A stretch of DNA of 64,000 nt. It comes from Gemmatimonadaceae bacterium. Lineage in GTDB: Bacteria; Gemmatimonadota; Gemmatimonadetes; Gemmatimonadales; Gemmatimonadaceae. Positions within the stretch are counted from its first letter, which is position 1; every line of letters begins with the position of its first letter. Below are positions 61,747 through 64,000 of this stretch, piece by piece. A model generated the notes under the pieces. The model was not told the DNA's origin. It did no database searches and saw nothing but the letters and a program-made list of their open reading frames with translations. The translations under genes were made by a program, and so were the position numbers. The DNA lies in the NCBI GenBank assembly GCA_045803545.1, contig JBJMOW010000005.1, forward strand, positions 576,001-640,000, read 5' to 3'.

Positions 61747-63999
61747 CTACTTCCGCGACTTCGCCTTGAGCTCCTCGAACCAGTTGTCGACGACGATTAG
61801 CTCGTCTGGGGCGCTGCCAGCAACCCGACGAATCATGATGAATCGGCGGTCGTCCGGCGCGATCGCATACTGTGCTCCATTCGGCCAGGAGAAGTATGCT
61901 GCGGCAGGAAAAAGAGCCGTTGAGCGTCCTAGCGAAAATGTCGGACCAGATTTCACCTTGACGGATATCAAGCTGCCCGCAACGTCACGGTAGAACAGCT
62001 CTTTACCGTTGTGGGACCAAAGCGGCTCGGTGCCTCCGCCAGTCGAGACAGCCCACTTTGCGGCGGCAGTCTTCGGGAACGGCACGACGTAGACATCGTA
62101 CTGACCGGACTCGTTCGATGTATACGCAAGCCACCGTCCGTCCGGAGAAATCGCCGGAGCAAATTCGCTGAACTTGGTCGCCAGCAGCGGAACGGCAGCG
62201 GTGTCGATTCCAGGTCGGAATCCGAGAATGTCTGCGTGTTCAATCCCACCTCTTCGGAAGACAAGCCATTTTCCGTCGGGAGACCAGCGCGGACTGTAAG
62301 CGCCGCGCTTTTCGCGTATTTGCAGCACCGCTTGCGTGCTGCCGTCAGCGCGCTTCGTCCACAGATCGAACGAGCCTGCCGCATTCGAAGTGAACGTCAC
62401 TGATTTGCCGTCTGGTGTCCACGCGGTGTAACGGTCCGACTTTTCTTCGAGCGTCAACTTGGTGCTCGGCCCGCGATCCAGCTGCTTTATCCAGATGTCA
62501 TTTCTTTGGGCGATAACGTCGTAGCCGAAGTTGGGTAGCAATGAGACCGCGAGCCGCCTGCCATCTGGCGCCACCGAGGGATCACCAAAAGTGCCCTGCC
62601 AATCGCCATCGATCGGTTGCGCCTTACCATCGCGCGCAACCCAGACGAGCTCCTGTTTCACTGTTCCTGCGCCGCGAGTGTAGACAAGCGTACCCTCGTC
62701 TGAGACGGCAAGATCGACGGCCGACGAAGGGGTCAGGCGAACACCTTCGACAAGTGACGTAGGCTCTCCAGTGACCTTCATAGCGTTCTGATCGAACGGC
62801 ACTACCATCAGCGTTCTATCCGTCGTCACGTAGAGCAGGTGACCGGTTCGGACATATCGCGCGTAAACAGCGTTGTTCACAATCGTACGGCGCTTCCGCG
62901 AAGACACATCAACAACGCCGATGGACCTGGCTGCGCCTCTCACACCAACCGCGATCAGAATGCCTTTGCCATTTGGCAAAACCTCCGGCCAGGAGTGATC
63001 GAGCTCCGCCAACGCTGTGTCCAACGTCGTGAACCGCTCCGGCACTGCGCCGGCTTTTGCCTCAACACGAATGAGAGGCTCCGCGTCCCTGCCATCGATG
63101 TAGATGTATCCGTCTCGCCCCCAGGATGCGCCTGCCAATCCGATGAGCGAGTCTGTCACGGTGATTAGCGGACCTCCACTCAGGGACGCGATCTGAAGCT
63201 TGCTGCCGCCGGTGACGAAGCCCACCCGCTGCCCATCGGGGGAGAAAAATGGAGTCTGCGCCCCTTCGCTTCCTGGTACTGCGGTGGCGTGCAACTCATT
63301 TCGCTGACGCACCAGAAGCTGCGCATGCGGGCCGCCGACGTACGCCAGACGCGATCCGTCAGGTGAGAGCGTCAGTCGTCCCCAGAAATACCCAATGGGT
63401 TGAATCAGCGCTTCGGTAGAGTCGAACACGTAGCTGTATCTCACCACCTGCTTCGCAGGGGCAGGATGCATCCAACCCCAGACGAGCGTCGCAGCTAAGA
63501 GAATTGCGACCGCGGTCACACCATAGAGGATCTGGCGCAGGCGGGTCGACCGATCTTGCCCGACAACTTTCGCTGGAGCGCTTGACGACAGGAATGCACG
63601 TCGACGCTGATTGGTGGGCGGTCGTGGCGCCTCGGGCATCACGCTCGCGACGACAGGCCGGTCTGGATCGGTGGTTCCGTCGGCGAGCGTCCGGGTTCGG
63701 GCGAGGTCGCCCAGCAGTTCCGCTGCATCCCCGTAACGCTCGGCGGGCTCCTTCTCCAGCAGCCGCACTACAACGCCGTCGAGCGCCGCGGAAATGTCGC
63801 CCCGATACATCGATGGAAGTGGGGGCTCGTCGTGAAGAATCGCGTGCGCAATCGCGACCTCCTCGTCCCCACTGAATGGCTTACGTCCTGTGAGCATCTC
63901 GTAGAGCACTACACCGAGCGCCCACAGGTCTGAACGTCCATCGACTTTCACACCTCGCATTTGCTCCGGCGACATATACGACGCGGTCCCGAAGCGAAC
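61747..63999 (-). CDS. Ser/Thr protein kinase with TM and TolB-like (PD40) beta-propeller, 5' end outside window
   Basis: FGTASYMSPEQ, DLWALGVVLYEMLTG kinase subdomains VIII-IX; repeated SPDG motifs; frame open to the window edge. Confidence 0.92.
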   Translation of the reverse strand, partial: VRFGTASYMSPEQMRGVKVDGRSDLWALGVVLYEMLTGRKPFSGDEEVAIAHAILHDEPPLPSMYRGDISAALDGVVVRLLEKEPAERYGDAAELLGDLARTRTLADGTTDPDRPVVASVMPEAPRPPTNQRRRAFLSSSAPAKVVGQDRSTRLRQILYGVTAVAILLAATLVWGWMHPAPAKQVVRYSYVFDSTEALIQPIGYFWGRLTLSPDGSRLAYVGGPHAQLLVRQRNELHATAVPGSEGAQTPFFSPDGQRVGFVTGGSKLQIASLSGGPLITVTDSLIGLAGASWGRDGYIYIDGRDAEPLIRVEAKAGAVPERFTTLDTALAELDHSWPEVLPNGKGILIAVGVRGAARSIGVVDVSSRKRRTIVNNAVYARYVRTGHLLYVTTDRTLMVVPFDQNAMKVTGEPTSLVEGVRLTPSSAVDLAVSDEGTLVYTRGAGTVKQELVWVARDGKAQPIDGDWQGTFGDPSVAPDGRRLAVSLLPNFGYDVIAQRNDIWIKQLDRGPSTKLTLEEKSDRYTAWTPDGKSVTFTSNAAGSFDLWTKRADGSTQAVLQIREKRGAYSPRWSPDGKWLVFRRGGIEHADILGFRPGIDTAAVPLLATKFSEFAPAISPDGRWLAYTSNESGQYDVYVVPFPKTAAAKWAVSTGGGTEPLWSHNGKELFYRDVAGSLISVKVKSGPTFSLGRSTALFPAAAYFSWPNGAQYAIAPDDRRFIMIRRVAGSAPDELIVVDNWFEELKAKSRK

Positions 64000-64000
64000 G

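Overview
GC-rich bacterial chromosome segment. The gene content (SusC/SusD pair, VPS10-like secreted protein, Ser/Thr kinase with TolB-like propeller, short type IV pilins, many PAS kinases) resembles Gemmatimonadota; this is an inference, no search was run. The main feature is an 11.4-kb integrated element at tRNA-Pro(GGG), bounded by a perfect 45-bp direct repeat (10923-10967 / 22340-22384). Its core is one co-oriented module: an unknown HTH-like protein, an excisionase, a pC194/phiX174-type CTTGATA nick motif with GNA-triloop hairpins, a rolling-circle HUH Rep and a tyrosine integrase. It has paired TGGTGCGAT arm-type sites near both ends and no recognisable conjugation, capsid or inovirus morphogenesis genes. 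Its cargo is a tightly coupled six-gene operon (DUF4236 protein, SAM methyltransferase, membrane protein, GYF_2-RDD protein, membrane-anchored trypsin-like protease, membrane protein) plus a divergent membrane/coiled-coil gene. This cargo is the best candidate for an undescribed, possibly anti-phage or envelope-signalling, system. The rest is host backbone: msrB, msrA, pilins (one frameshifted), TonB receptors, hemQ, an RND efflux/two-component cluster, an 8-tRNA array behind efp, tesA-ybbA-ybbP, phhA, beta-barrel OMPs and signalling proteins. It also has several readable regulatory motifs (Pho-box-like triple repeat, sigma54/IHF-like pilin promoter, leaderless promoters).
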